This document shows, piece by piece, positions 16,590 to 25,476 of a DNA stretch of 37,111 nt. Source of the DNA: an uncultured Rhizobiaceae group bacterium (GTDB lineage Bacteria; Pseudomonadota; Alphaproteobacteria; Rhizobiales; Rhizobiaceae). Position numbers and translations under genes: made by a program. The DNA lies in contig CALLHT010000194.1 of assembly GCA_938009335.1 (NCBI GenBank), positions 1 through 37,111 on the forward strand. The letters run 5' to 3'. Position 1 is the first letter of the stretch. The number at the start of each line of letters is the position of its first letter. The notes under the pieces are model-generated. The model worked only from the letters and a program-made list of their open reading frames with translations. It was not told the origin of the DNA and ran no database searches.

Positions 16590-17528
16590 ATGGACGCTCA
16601 AGCGGTCATATTCGAAAAGCCGGGAGAACTGGCACTAGACACGGTAAGCATAACCGATCCAAAGGTTGGCGATATCGTAGTTGAATCCCGATTCAGCGGA
16701 ATTAGTACCGGAACTGAACGCCTTCTCTGGGAAGGCCGTATGCCTGATTTTCCCGGAATGGGATACCCACTTGTGCCTGGTTACGAGACGGTGGGTGAAG
16801 TCGTTGACGATCCATCTGGCCAGTACTCGGTAGGACAAATGGTATTTGTTCCCGGTTCTTCTGCTTACAGCGATGTGCGAGGATTATTCGGCGGCACTGC
16901 ATCCAAGCTGGTTGTGCCATCTGAACGGGTTTCCTTGGTAGAGCATTGCGGGACACAAGAGGGCGTGCTTCTGGCACTCGCCGCAACCGCTCATCACGCG
17001 CTTGCAACGCCCGGCTCCAAACTTCCGGAACTCATCGTGGGAAATGGTGTTTTGGGTCAGCTCATGGCTCGATTGACGGTTGCCTTAGGCGGTAAGCCTC
17101 CAATCATCTGGGAAAACAACCCTGTACGAAGATCACGCGACAATGGCTTCGAAGTCATCGATCCATCGCTGAATGGTGAGAGAACCTTCGATGCTATCGC
17201 GGATGTCAGCGGGGATGCTGCCATTGTGGATGCTCTTGCACCCGTTCTCAAGCGCGGTGGTGAGATTACGTTTGCCGGATTTTACTCTGGCCGTATCAGT
17301 TTCGCTTTCCCGCCGGTGTTCATGAAAGAAGCGCGATTCCGCGTTGCTGCGGAATGGCAGCCGGAAGACCTCGCGGCGGTCCAAAAGCTTCTCGCTGAAG
17401 AAAAGCTTAGTCTTGAAAATCTAATTTCGCACGAGCGTCCTGCAGAAGATGCTGGTGCGGCTTACGAAACGGCATTCGGTGATCCGCAATGCTTGAAAAT
17501 GGTTCTTAACTGGAAGGGAAGCGCATGA
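16590..17528 (+). CDS. bchC: bacteriochlorophyllide a dehydrogenase (3-hydroxyethyl oxidase)
   Basis: Zn-ADH/MDR fold (FSGISTGTERLLWEGRMPDFPGMGYPLVPGYETVGEV) preceding bchXYZ. ATG 16590 (MDAQAVIF) is preferred because the tracked 16539 lies inside the operator. Confidence 0.9.
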   Translation: MDAQAVIFEKPGELALDTVSITDPKVGDIVVESRFSGISTGTERLLWEGRMPDFPGMGYPLVPGYETVGEVVDDPSGQYSVGQMVFVPGSSAYSDVRGLFGGTASKLVVPSERVSLVEHCGTQEGVLLALAATAHHALATPGSKLPELIVGNGVLGQLMARLTVALGGKPPIIWENNPVRRSRDNGFEVIDPSLNGERTFDAIADVSGDAAIVDALAPVLKRGGEITFAGFYSGRISFAFPPVFMKEARFRVAAEWQPEDLAAVQKLLAEEKLSLENLISHERPAEDAGAAYETAFGDPQCLKMVLNWKGSA

Positions 17529-18550
17529 CTGAGGGGACATCGCATCCTGTAGAAGCTTTAAGCGGAACACAGGAAGACGTTTACGACAACTTGAGGGATG
17601 AGGCGAATATAGAGCCTGATCCGGTGCATACAGGCGAGGTTACAAAAGAAACGCAGATCATCGCGATCTATGGCAAAGGCGGGATCGGCAAAAGCTTTAC
17701 GCTTGCAAATCTGTCTTACAATCTAGCGCAACAGGGTAAGAAAGTCCTTTTGATCGGGTGCGATCCAAAATCAGACACGACATCGCTTCTATTTGGTGGG
17801 CGTTCTTGTCCAACCATTATAGAGACGTCTGCTGCAAAAAAGGCGGCAGGTGAAGATGTCTCTATCTCTGATGTATGCTTCAAACGCGATGGTGTCTTCG
17901 CAATGGAGCTTGGTGGCCCGGAAGTTGGGCGCGGATGCGGTGGTCGCGGCATCATTCACGGGTTTGAACTGCTTGAGAAGTTAGGATTTCACGAGTGGGA
18001 CTTCGATTACGTTTTACTCGACTTTTTGGGCGATGTTGTATGTGGAGGCTTTGGCCTGCCAATTGCCCGCGACATGTGTCAGAAGGTGATCGTCGTCGGC
18101 TCGAACGATTTGCAATCTCTGTACGTTGCAAACAACGTATGTTCTGCGGTGGAATACTTCAGGAAATTGGGCGGCAATGTCGGCGTTGCAGGCATGCTCG
18201 TCAACAAAGACGATGGGACTGGCGAAGCGCATGCATTCGCAAAGGCCGTCAACATTCCGGTTCTTGCCGCTATTCCACAAGATGAAGACATTCGCCGCAA
18301 ATCAGCGAGTTATCAGATTGTTGGAGACCCATCAGATCGCTGGGGCCCGATGTTCTCGGGGCTGGCAGACAACATGATGAGCGCTCCGCCGCGCCAACCA
18401 ACACCACTCGATCAGGAAGGCCTGCTCGGTCTCTTCTCCTCCGAGGAAACGGGAGCGGATTACATTCTCGAACCGGCATTACCGGAAGACATGTGTGATC
18501 CTTCTATCATTTCCAAACCATCATTGGAGGTTGTCTACGACAATTTGTGA
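17525..18550 (+). CDS. bchX: chlorophyllide a reductase iron protein subunit X
   Basis: NifH-like [46 protein letters not shown] overlap with the bchC stop. Confidence 0.95.
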   Translation: MTEGTSHPVEALSGTQEDVYDNLRDEANIEPDPVHTGEVTKETQIIAIYGKGGIGKSFTLANLSYNLAQQGKKVLLIGCDPKSDTTSLLFGGRSCPTIIETSAAKKAAGEDVSISDVCFKRDGVFAMELGGPEVGRGCGGRGIIHGFELLEKLGFHEWDFDYVLLDFLGDVVCGGFGLPIARDMCQKVIVVGSNDLQSLYVANNVCSAVEYFRKLGGNVGVAGMLVNKDDGTGEAHAFAKAVNIPVLAAIPQDEDIRRKSASYQIVGDPSDRWGPMFSGLADNMMSAPPRQPTPLDQEGLLGLFSSEETGADYILEPALPEDMCDPSIISKPSLEVVYDNL

Positions 18551-18557
18551 ATCCGGT

Positions 18558-20132
18558 ATGACAGAAGAAACTCCCCTCCTTGTTGAAAATGCCCAGGCAG
18601 AAGTGTCGTCCGTCTCTGCATCAGACGAGACTGCTGTCGACTTCAACGATGGTTTCGGATGTCATGCCGGAGCCGATCAGATGAAGGCGGCTGCAGAAAA
18701 GGCTGGCAAAAGCGAGATATTGGATCAGTTTGCTAAAGACTATCCTAAAGGTCCACATGATCAGCCGCAAAGCATGTGTCCGGCGTTTGGCTCGCTACGC
18801 GTTGGTTTGCGCATGAAGCGCACTGCTACGATTCTTTCGGGCTCTGCCTGTTGTGTGTATGGCCTTACCTTCACATCGCATTTTTATGGCGCACGCCGTT
18901 CTGTTGGATATGTGCCGTTTGATTCTGAAAGCCTAGTCACCGGAAAGCTTTTTGAAGATATACGTGATGCAGTCCACGAAATGGCTGATCCGGCAAAATA
19001 CGATGCGATTGTTGTTACGAACCTTTGTGTTCCGACGGCGTCTGGCGTTCCGCTGCAAATGTTGCCTGAGGCGATCAACGGCGTTCGTATCGTCGGCATT
19101 GATGTTCCGGGTTTTGGAATTCCGACCCATGCGGAAGCCAAAGACGTGCTTGCAGGCGCGATGTTAAAATATGCCCGCAAGGAAATTAAAAGCGGCCCGG
19201 TTCAGGCACCGCAATCAGCCTCTGGAAGCGGCAAACCAAAAATCACGCTTCTGGGTGAGATGTTCCCCGCTGATCCGATGAGCATCGGTGCGCTGTTAGA
19301 GCCGATGGGATTGGAAGCAGGAGCTGTTGTTCCTACTCGCGAATGGCGGGAACTTTATACAGCGCTGGATTGTTCTGCCGTTGCCGCAATCCATCCATTC
19401 TACACTGCATCGATCCGTGAATTTGAATCGGTTGGGCGTCCTGTTCGCGGTTCAGCACCCGTTGGTGTTGAAGGAACCGCGGCTTGGCTCGAAGAGATTG
19501 GCAAAGCTTGCAATGTGGAGACTGCTAAAATTGAGGCAGCGAAACAAAAATTCATTCCGGCAATTCAGGGGGCGCTTGCTTCGAAACCGGTAAACGGCCG
19601 GATTACACTTTCTGGCTATGAAGGTTCTGAACTGCTCGTTGCACGGCTATTGATCGAAAGTGGAGCGGATGTGCGATACGTGGGTACTGCGTGTCCGAAA
19701 ACAAAATGGTCGGAAGCGGATCGCGAATGGCTGGAAGCCAAAGGCGTGCATGTCAAATTCCGTGCTTCTCTTGAAGATGATTGTGCCGCGATGGAAGCCT
19801 TCGAACCTGATTTGGCGATTGGTACGACACCGGTCGTCCAAAAGGCCAAGGAGAAATCGATCCCAGGCCTTTATTTCACCAATCTCATTTCAGCGCGTCC
19901 ATTGATGGGGCCTGCAGGGGCAGGCTCATTGGCAGAGGTTGTGAATGCGGCTATTGCCAATAAACCACGCTTTGAGGCCATGAGCGAATTTTTCGAAGGT
20001 GTCGGGACAGGCCATGCAGCCGGTGTATGGGAAACGACACCAGAAGACCGACCGCAGTTTAAAAAGAAATTTGCAGCGCGCGCAGCGCGTGCAGCGAATG
20101 CAGTCGATAGTGGGGAGGCAGTAGGCGTATGA
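18558..20132 (+). CDS. bchY: chlorophyllide a reductase subunit Y
   Basis: NifD/BchN-like protein between bchX and bchZ. ATG 18558 (MTEETPLL) starts just after the bchX stop; the tracked 18495 overlaps bchX. Confidence 0.92.
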   Translation: MTEETPLLVENAQAEVSSVSASDETAVDFNDGFGCHAGADQMKAAAEKAGKSEILDQFAKDYPKGPHDQPQSMCPAFGSLRVGLRMKRTATILSGSACCVYGLTFTSHFYGARRSVGYVPFDSESLVTGKLFEDIRDAVHEMADPAKYDAIVVTNLCVPTASGVPLQMLPEAINGVRIVGIDVPGFGIPTHAEAKDVLAGAMLKYARKEIKSGPVQAPQSASGSGKPKITLLGEMFPADPMSIGALLEPMGLEAGAVVPTREWRELYTALDCSAVAAIHPFYTASIREFESVGRPVRGSAPVGVEGTAAWLEEIGKACNVETAKIEAAKQKFIPAIQGALASKPVNGRITLSGYEGSELLVARLLIESGADVRYVGTACPKTKWSEADREWLEAKGVHVKFRASLEDDCAAMEAFEPDLAIGTTPVVQKAKEKSIPGLYFTNLISARPLMGPAGAGSLAEVVNAAIANKPRFEAMSEFFEGVGTGHAAGVWETTPEDRPQFKKKFAARAARAANAVDSGEAVGV

Positions 20133-21589
20133 CCTTAATCCTCGACCACGACCGGGCAGGCGGCTATTGGGGCTCCGTTTATGCCTTCACAGCGATCAAG
20201 GGATTGCAGGTCATCATCGATGGTCCGGTGGGTTGCGAAAACCTTCCTGTCACGTCAGTCCTGCACTATACGGACGCATTACCACCGCATGAACTTCCAA
20301 TCGTTGTGACAGGTCTTGGCGAAGAAGAACTCGGCCAACATGGAACCGAAGGTGCAATGCGCCGTTCCCGCAACGTCCTTGATCCTGATCTTCCAGCAGT
20401 CGTTGTGACGGGCTCCATTGCTGAGATGATCGGCGGAGGCGTCACGCCGGAAGGTGCGAATATTCAACGCTTCTTGCCCCGCACGATCGATGAAGATCAA
20501 TGGCAATCGGCTGACCGGGCGCTGAAATGGCTATGGACAGAATTCGGACCCAAAAAGGGCCGCGTACCGGTTGCCAAAAAGCGCAAGGAAGGTGAGAAGC
20601 CGCGCGTCAATATTATTGGTCCGATCTATGGCACGTTTAACATGCCTTCTGATCTTGCCGAGATCCGTCGCTTGATTGAAGGCATTGGTGCTGAAGTAAA
20701 CATGACGTTCCCGCTTGGGTCTCATCTGGCTGATATCAACAAACTTTCAAACGCAGAAGCGAATGTCTGCTTATATCGTGAGTTTGGCCGTCTCTTATGT
20801 GAAGAACTTGATCGGCCTTATTTGCAAGCTCCAATGGGCATGCATTCGACCACAGCATTTTTGCGCTCATTGGGTGAAATTCTCGACCTTGATCCGGAAC
20901 CATTCATTGAGCAGGAAAAACACACAACGCTCAAACCGATGTGGGATTTGTGGCGCTCGGTAACTCAAGATTTTCTTGGAACTGCAAGTTTCGCGATTGT
21001 TGCAAACGAAACCTACACACGCGGCATGCGGAACTTCCTTGAAGAAGAGCTCGGAATGCCTTGCGCATTCGCAATATCCCGCAAAGCCGGTGTGAAAACA
21101 GATAATGACGAAGTTCAGCGTCTGATTGCCGAGACGTCGCCGATGATCGTGTTTGGCTCCTATAATGAGCGGATGTATTTGGCTGATCAGGGTTCGCGCG
21201 CGACCTTTATGCCAGCATCTTTCCCAGGAGCTGCAATCCGTCGACATACCGGAACACCGTTTATGGGAAATGCGGGCGCAAGCTATCTCATTCAAGAAGT
21301 CTGTAATTCACTCTTTGACGCACTGTTCCACATTCTGCCGCTCCAAAGCCAAATGGACGCAACAGCAGAAGCCAGCCCAACTGCTGCCAATAATACGATC
21401 GGTTGGGAAGATGCGGCGCGGACGAGGCTCGACGAAATTGTCGAACGCGAGCCGGTTTTAACCCGAATTTCTGCAGCAAAGCGCCTGCGTGACAAAGCAG
21501 AGCAGGATGCGCTGGCAGCCGGTGAAGAAGTTGTGACGCAAGAACGCGTTGAGCTTTCAGCAAAACAAATCATCAGGAGGGTTGCGTGA
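20129..21589 (+). CDS. bchZ: chlorophyllide a reductase subunit Z
   Basis: NifK/BchB-like ([38 protein letters not shown]). ATGA overlap with the bchY stop. Confidence 0.92.
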   Translation: MTLILDHDRAGGYWGSVYAFTAIKGLQVIIDGPVGCENLPVTSVLHYTDALPPHELPIVVTGLGEEELGQHGTEGAMRRSRNVLDPDLPAVVVTGSIAEMIGGGVTPEGANIQRFLPRTIDEDQWQSADRALKWLWTEFGPKKGRVPVAKKRKEGEKPRVNIIGPIYGTFNMPSDLAEIRRLIEGIGAEVNMTFPLGSHLADINKLSNAEANVCLYREFGRLLCEELDRPYLQAPMGMHSTTAFLRSLGEILDLDPEPFIEQEKHTTLKPMWDLWRSVTQDFLGTASFAIVANETYTRGMRNFLEEELGMPCAFAISRKAGVKTDNDEVQRLIAETSPMIVFGSYNERMYLADQGSRATFMPASFPGAAIRRHTGTPFMGNAGASYLIQEVCNSLFDALFHILPLQSQMDATAEASPTAANNTIGWEDAARTRLDEIVEREPVLTRISAAKRLRDKAEQDALAAGEEVVTQERVELSAKQIIRRVA

Positions 21590-21631
21590 TGGGAAGCATG
21601 CATTCGCTCCACACAAAAGGGAGGACGACAT

Positions 21632-21844
21632 ATGTCTGATGTTTCGATCAACCAAGGCGTTGAGAGCGTCAAGATCAGCTGGGTTGAAAGCCTGATTTAC
21701 AAGGCTTTGGTCATCACATTGTTTTTTGTATCCGCTTTGGGTTTAGCGGTTGGCCGCTTGTTCGGCGCCAAGGGGCAGGGCCCATTGTGGCAGGAAGCGC
21801 GAGAGGCTGCTTATGCGGTCGCAGGATACGCGTTCAAACATTGA
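21632..21844 (+). CDS. pufQ: PufQ-like small membrane protein
   Basis: 70 aa with one central TM segment (LIYKALVITLFFVSALGLAVG) and a ...GPLWQEAREA... tail. It occupies the position between bchZ and pufB, with AAGGGAGGA before the ATG. The call rests on position and architecture. Confidence 0.55.
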   Translation: MSDVSINQGVESVKISWVESLIYKALVITLFFVSALGLAVGRLFGAKGQGPLWQEAREAAYAVAGYAFKH

Positions 21845-21853
21845 GTTTTAGAG

Positions 21854-21938
21854 ATTTCTCCACCTAACCCCTGGAGAGATACAGGTTCATTCGAACCAGC
21901 CCGGCCGCGGGGTTCGTCGCGGTAACGGCCGAAAGGCC
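21854..21938 (+). promoter_or_regulatory. structured pufQ-pufB intercistronic leader (several stem-loops)
   Basis: Hairpins at 21854-21880 (9 bp including one G-U), 21884-21897 (ggttc/gaacc), 21905-21922 (ccgcg/cgcgg) and 21927-21938 (ggcc-GAAA-ggcc tetraloop), followed by AGGAGG (21946-21951) and the pufB ATG. Confidence 0.5.
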
Positions 21939-21958
21939 AACGACTAGGAGGTTGTATT

Positions 21959-22177
21959 ATGGCTAGTCAAGATGGGGGTTCCATGACTGGTTTGACCAGT
22001 GGTGAAGCCCGTGAGTTCCACCGGATATTCATGAAGAGCACCATTGCCTTCACTGGATGGGCCTTTGCCGCGCACGCTCTTGTAGCAATGTGGCGGCCTT
22101 GGTTTTGGTACGATGGAAGCAACCCGGTTGTGTCAAGTTCGCTTGACGTGATCAAAACGCTGCCATTTTTCGGTTAA
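21959..22177 (+). CDS. pufB: light-harvesting 1 beta polypeptide with an unusual C-terminal extension
   Basis: GLTSGEAREFHRIFMKSTIAFTGWAFAAHALVAMWRPWF is a canonical LH1-beta sequence. A further 23 residues (WYDGSNPVVSSSLDVIKTLPFFG) follow before the stop. Confidence 0.9.
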   Translation: MASQDGGSMTGLTSGEAREFHRIFMKSTIAFTGWAFAAHALVAMWRPWFWYDGSNPVVSSSLDVIKTLPFFG

Positions 22178-22191
22178 GGGAGAAATGAACC

Positions 22192-22374
22192 ATGTATAAG
22201 ATCTGGCTCTTTTTTGACCCACGCCGCGTTCTGGTAGCGCTTGCAGTATTTCTGTTCACTCTGGCAATTTTGATTCATTTCATTTTGCTCAGCACAGACA
22301 GATACAACTGGTTGGATACTAACCAAATCTCTTCTGTTCAGACAGAAGCAATGGTTGAACGTCTCATATCCTGA
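22192..22374 (+). CDS. pufA: light-harvesting 1 alpha polypeptide
   Basis: [41 protein letters not shown] is a canonical LH1-alpha sequence. The AAGGGAGA SD overlaps the pufB stop. Confidence 0.92.
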   Translation: MYKIWLFFDPRRVLVALAVFLFTLAILIHFILLSTDRYNWLDTNQISSVQTEAMVERLIS

Positions 22375-22390
22375 GGCTGATCCGGCTTTC

Positions 22391-22424
22391 TCGGCAGGCG
22401 GAAGCATTTTCTTCTGCCTGCCGA
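22391..22424 (+). promoter_or_regulatory. pufA-pufL intercistronic stem-loop (mRNA stabiliser / partial terminator)
   Basis: tcggcaggcggaag-cattt(t)-cttctgcctgccga: a 14-bp stem with one G-U pair, in the same position as the decay-blocking hairpin known in Rhodobacter puf mRNA. Confidence 0.7.
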
Positions 22425-22459
22425 AATCAAGAATTTTATAACCTTTTGGAGACTGGGCC

Positions 22460-23353
22460 ATGGCCTTATTAAGTTTCGAACGAAAATATCGTGTCCGCGG
22501 GGGCACGCTCTTGGGAGGTGACCTGTTCGATTTTTGGGCGGGGCCTTTTTATGTCGGGTTTTTCGGGGTTTTGACGATCTTTTTCGCAACCCTTGGAACT
22601 GCCCTGATCATATATGGTGCGGCCCTCGGGCCAACTTGGAATATTTGGCAGATCAGCATTAATCCGCCATCTGATGAATATGGCTTAGGATTAGCGCCTA
22701 TGGCCGAAGGTGGTCTATGGCAGATCATAACATTCTGCGCCACGTTTGCCTTTATAAGTTGGGCACTGCGAGAGGTGGAAATCTGCCGAAAGCTCGGTAT
22801 GGGATATCATGTTCCGGTGGCGTTCAGTTTCGCTATTCTGGCGTTTGTATCGCTGAATATCTTCAGACCCATATTAATGTACATCAAAGATGGTGGTGAT
22901 AGCGGCTGGTCACATGGCTTTCCCTACGGGATCTATTCTCACCTCGAATGGGTGAATAACGTTGGGTATGCCTATGGCAATTTCCACTACAATCCTGCGC
23001 ATATGATTGCGATCACCTTCTTCTTTACAACAACGCTGGCCTTGGCACTGCATGGTGGCCTTGTTCTGTCATCCACCAACCCGGGTGCCGGGCAGGAAGT
23101 TAAAACTCCTGAACATGAGGACACCTATTTCCGTGACTTTATCGGATATTCGGTCGGCACGCTCGGCATTCACCGTGTGGGCTTGTTCCTTGCACTTAGT
23201 GCAGTCTTCTGGAGTGCGGTCTGTATCATCATCTCAGGTCCATTCTGGGAAGATGCATGGAGCGACTGGTGGACATGGTGGTTGGAACTGCCGGTATTCC
23301 CGCAAGATGATCTCGTTCGCGAAATTGGCGACCTGCCATATCTCGACGAATAA
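22460..23353 (+). CDS. pufL: photosynthetic reaction centre L subunit
   Basis: [36 protein letters not shown]...[33 protein letters not shown]. Confidence 0.97.
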   Translation: MALLSFERKYRVRGGTLLGGDLFDFWAGPFYVGFFGVLTIFFATLGTALIIYGAALGPTWNIWQISINPPSDEYGLGLAPMAEGGLWQIITFCATFAFISWALREVEICRKLGMGYHVPVAFSFAILAFVSLNIFRPILMYIKDGGDSGWSHGFPYGIYSHLEWVNNVGYAYGNFHYNPAHMIAITFFFTTTLALALHGGLVLSSTNPGAGQEVKTPEHEDTYFRDFIGYSVGTLGIHRVGLFLALSAVFWSAVCIIISGPFWEDAWSDWWTWWLELPVFPQDDLVREIGDLPYLDE

Positions 23354-23367
23354 GGAGGAGATGAAAC

Positions 23368-24309
23368 ATGAAAAATTACCAAAACATCTTCACGGCCATT
23401 CAAGTGCAAGGGCCTCCGGGCCAGGGCATCCCTCTTCCAAGAGGCGATGAAGCGAGAATTGGTGAGGGCAAGCTCAACTACTGGATTGGTAAATTTGGTA
23501 ATGCCCAGATCGGTCCGTTGTATCTGGGTACGCTGGGTCTGATTTCGCTGGTCACATTCCTGATTGCGTTCAACATCATCGGCTTGAACTATCTCGCGCA
23601 AGTGGGCTGGGATCCGGTGCAATTTGTCCGCCAGCTCTTCTGGCTATCACTTGACCCGCCAGCGGAGAAATATGGACTTCAGGTACTACCACCCTTGCAA
23701 GAGGGCGGTTGGTATATGATCACTGGCTTCTTCTTGACGGTCAGTGTTCTGACCTGGTGGTTGCGTACCTATCGCCGTGCGAAGTCATTGGGTCTAGGCA
23801 TGCACATCCCAATTGCGTTTGCATCCGCTATCTTCCTGTTCCTGGTATTGGGCTTTATTCGTCCATTGCTGATGGGGAGTTGGTCTCATGGTGTTCCATA
23901 TGGTGTGTTCTCGCATCTGGATTGGACGAACAACTTTTCGCTCATTTACGGCAACCTGTTCTACAATCCATTCCATGCACTATCGATTGCGTTCCTTTAT
24001 GGTTCTGCATTGTTGTTCGCCATGCATGGCGCGACCATTCTCGCTGTCACACGGTATGGCGGCGAGCGTGAGATCGAGCAGATTACAACACGCGGAACAG
24101 CTTCAGAACGTGCAGCTTTATTCTGGCGCTGGACCATGGGCTTTAACGCGACCATGGAATCGATTCACAGATGGGCATGGTGGTTTGCGATGCTAACCAC
24201 TTTGACTGGCGGTATCGGCATCTTGCTCACAGGCACGGTTGTTGATGACTGGTCAGCTTGGGCAATCAAGCACGGTGTACTGCATGAAAGTGGAACGAAT
24301 ATCCGTTAA
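23368..24309 (+). CDS. pufM: photosynthetic reaction centre M subunit
   Basis: [13 protein letters not shown]...[33 protein letters not shown]...[28 protein letters not shown]. Confidence 0.97.
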   Translation: MKNYQNIFTAIQVQGPPGQGIPLPRGDEARIGEGKLNYWIGKFGNAQIGPLYLGTLGLISLVTFLIAFNIIGLNYLAQVGWDPVQFVRQLFWLSLDPPAEKYGLQVLPPLQEGGWYMITGFFLTVSVLTWWLRTYRRAKSLGLGMHIPIAFASAIFLFLVLGFIRPLLMGSWSHGVPYGVFSHLDWTNNFSLIYGNLFYNPFHALSIAFLYGSALLFAMHGATILAVTRYGGEREIEQITTRGTASERAALFWRWTMGFNATMESIHRWAWWFAMLTTLTGGIGILLTGTVVDDWSAWAIKHGVLHESGTNIR

Positions 24310-24337
24310 GGTTACAGGATAATCTCAATCCAGAAAG

Positions 24338-24365
24338 AAGGGCGCTGATTAAGCGCCCTTTTTCG
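24338..24365. terminator. rho-independent terminator ending the puf operon (possibly bidirectional, also serving the convergent SCP2 gene)
   Basis: aagggcgct-gatta-agcgccctt: a perfect 9-bp GC-rich stem followed by TTTTTCGTT. On the opposite strand it is followed by a T-rich CTTCTTTCT. Confidence 0.75.
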
Positions 24366-24405
24366 TTATAAGGATAAGGGGTGATGTTGTTTGTGAGACT
24401 GTGGT

Positions 24406-24783
24406 CTAATTCAATTCAGGCGGGGCAAAGAACTGATGCAGCTTGATGGCTAGAGATATCGGCCCTTCATAACGTAGCTTACGTCTAAAAAATGCTTCCT
24501 GCCCGGTGAGACGCCCCATGACCATGTCGACATAGGTTTGCGCCGACATTTTCAAGGTAAGCGTTGGGTTTGCATGAATTCCCTGCTCTAGAGAACAAGT
24601 GTCACTTTTGATGGTCGCAAAGAAGTCTGCTCCGTCATCGCCTGATAGTTTGAACTGCAGAATTGCGTTAAGACCACGCGCAGCCTCAGGCCGAAATCGC
24701 GATGGCATGCCTGAAATAATTTGCTCAATGGTTGGATCTGAAATCACTGTTAAAGCTCTGAAATTATGTCGAAACACAGTCAT
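24406..24783 (-). CDS. SCP2 (sterol/lipid carrier) domain protein
   Basis: 125 aa with the SCP2-like pattern ...ILQFKLSGDDGADFFATIKSDTCSLEQG...TLKMSAQTYVDMVMGRLTGQEAFFRRKLRYEGPISLAIKLHQFF. No clear SD. Confidence 0.65.
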   Translation of the reverse strand: MTVFRHNFRALTVISDPTIEQIISGMPSRFRPEAARGLNAILQFKLSGDDGADFFATIKSDTCSLEQGIHANPTLTLKMSAQTYVDMVMGRLTGQEAFFRRKLRYEGPISLAIKLHQFFAPPELN

Positions 24784-24841
24784 TTATGTATAGCACTGAT
24801 AAGGGATTTCTACAAAAATCAGACGAAAAATTTGCCAAATT

Positions 24842-25474
24842 ATGCTAAGAAAACCTATGGAAAGTTTTCGATTATTTCTGGCATTGGTTATTCTTTATAT
24901 CATGCCAATCGTGATTACCTTTTGGGTCGTCATTCATGCGTTCTCGGATACTTGGCGCAATACCAATCCGATGCGAGCTTACGCTTTTGCCGGTCTTTGC
25001 ATCGTGCTTGTTACGGCGTTTTGTTACAGCCTTCAGAACATCCTTCTTGGTTCTGATTTGGGAAATTCTCTCGCGCTTTTTCTAGTTGGCGCGGCTATCT
25101 ATCTAGCTTCTTGGTTTCTGTGGCGACCTGTTAAACACCATCTTGATTTCAAAACATTTGCAGGCATACCGGAAGTCACCAATGAGAAGATCAGCCTCAT
25201 CACCGATGGCCCATTCGCGATGGTGCGGCACCCGCGATATTTAATGGTTTGGATCGGAGTACTGGGCTGGTGCCTGATGGCGAATTATTCCGGCGCGTAT
25301 GCAATCGGGATCGCGTCTATGTTTGGCCTGTTGATCATCGTTAATCTAGAAGAGCGCGATCTGATCAAGCGGTTCGGCGACGAATACCGCGCATATCAGA
25401 AAAATGTACCACAGCTCATCCCGACGCGTGATGGCGTGCGTGACTTTATTTCAAATAATTTTCGAAAGCAGTAG
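24842..25474 (+). CDS. ICMT/PEMT-family integral-membrane SAM-dependent methyltransferase
   Basis: About five TM segments and the family hallmark LITDGPFAMVRHPRYLMVWIGVLG...NLEERDLIKRFGDEYRAYQKNVPQLIP. The start could be ATG 24842 or ATG 24857. Confidence 0.7.
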   Translation: MLRKPMESFRLFLALVILYIMPIVITFWVVIHAFSDTWRNTNPMRAYAFAGLCIVLVTAFCYSLQNILLGSDLGNSLALFLVGAAIYLASWFLWRPVKHHLDFKTFAGIPEVTNEKISLITDGPFAMVRHPRYLMVWIGVLGWCLMANYSGAYAIGIASMFGLLIIVNLEERDLIKRFGDEYRAYQKNVPQLIPTRDGVRDFISNNFRKQ

Positions 25475-25476
25475 AG

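Noticed and set aside
24784-24841. TGTA-N20-TACA symmetry in the SCP2/ICMT divergent spacer, considered as a PpsR-like site.
   Set aside because: The spacing is wrong for TGT-N12-ACA, only 4-bp arms are present, and this is likely chance in AT-rich DNA.
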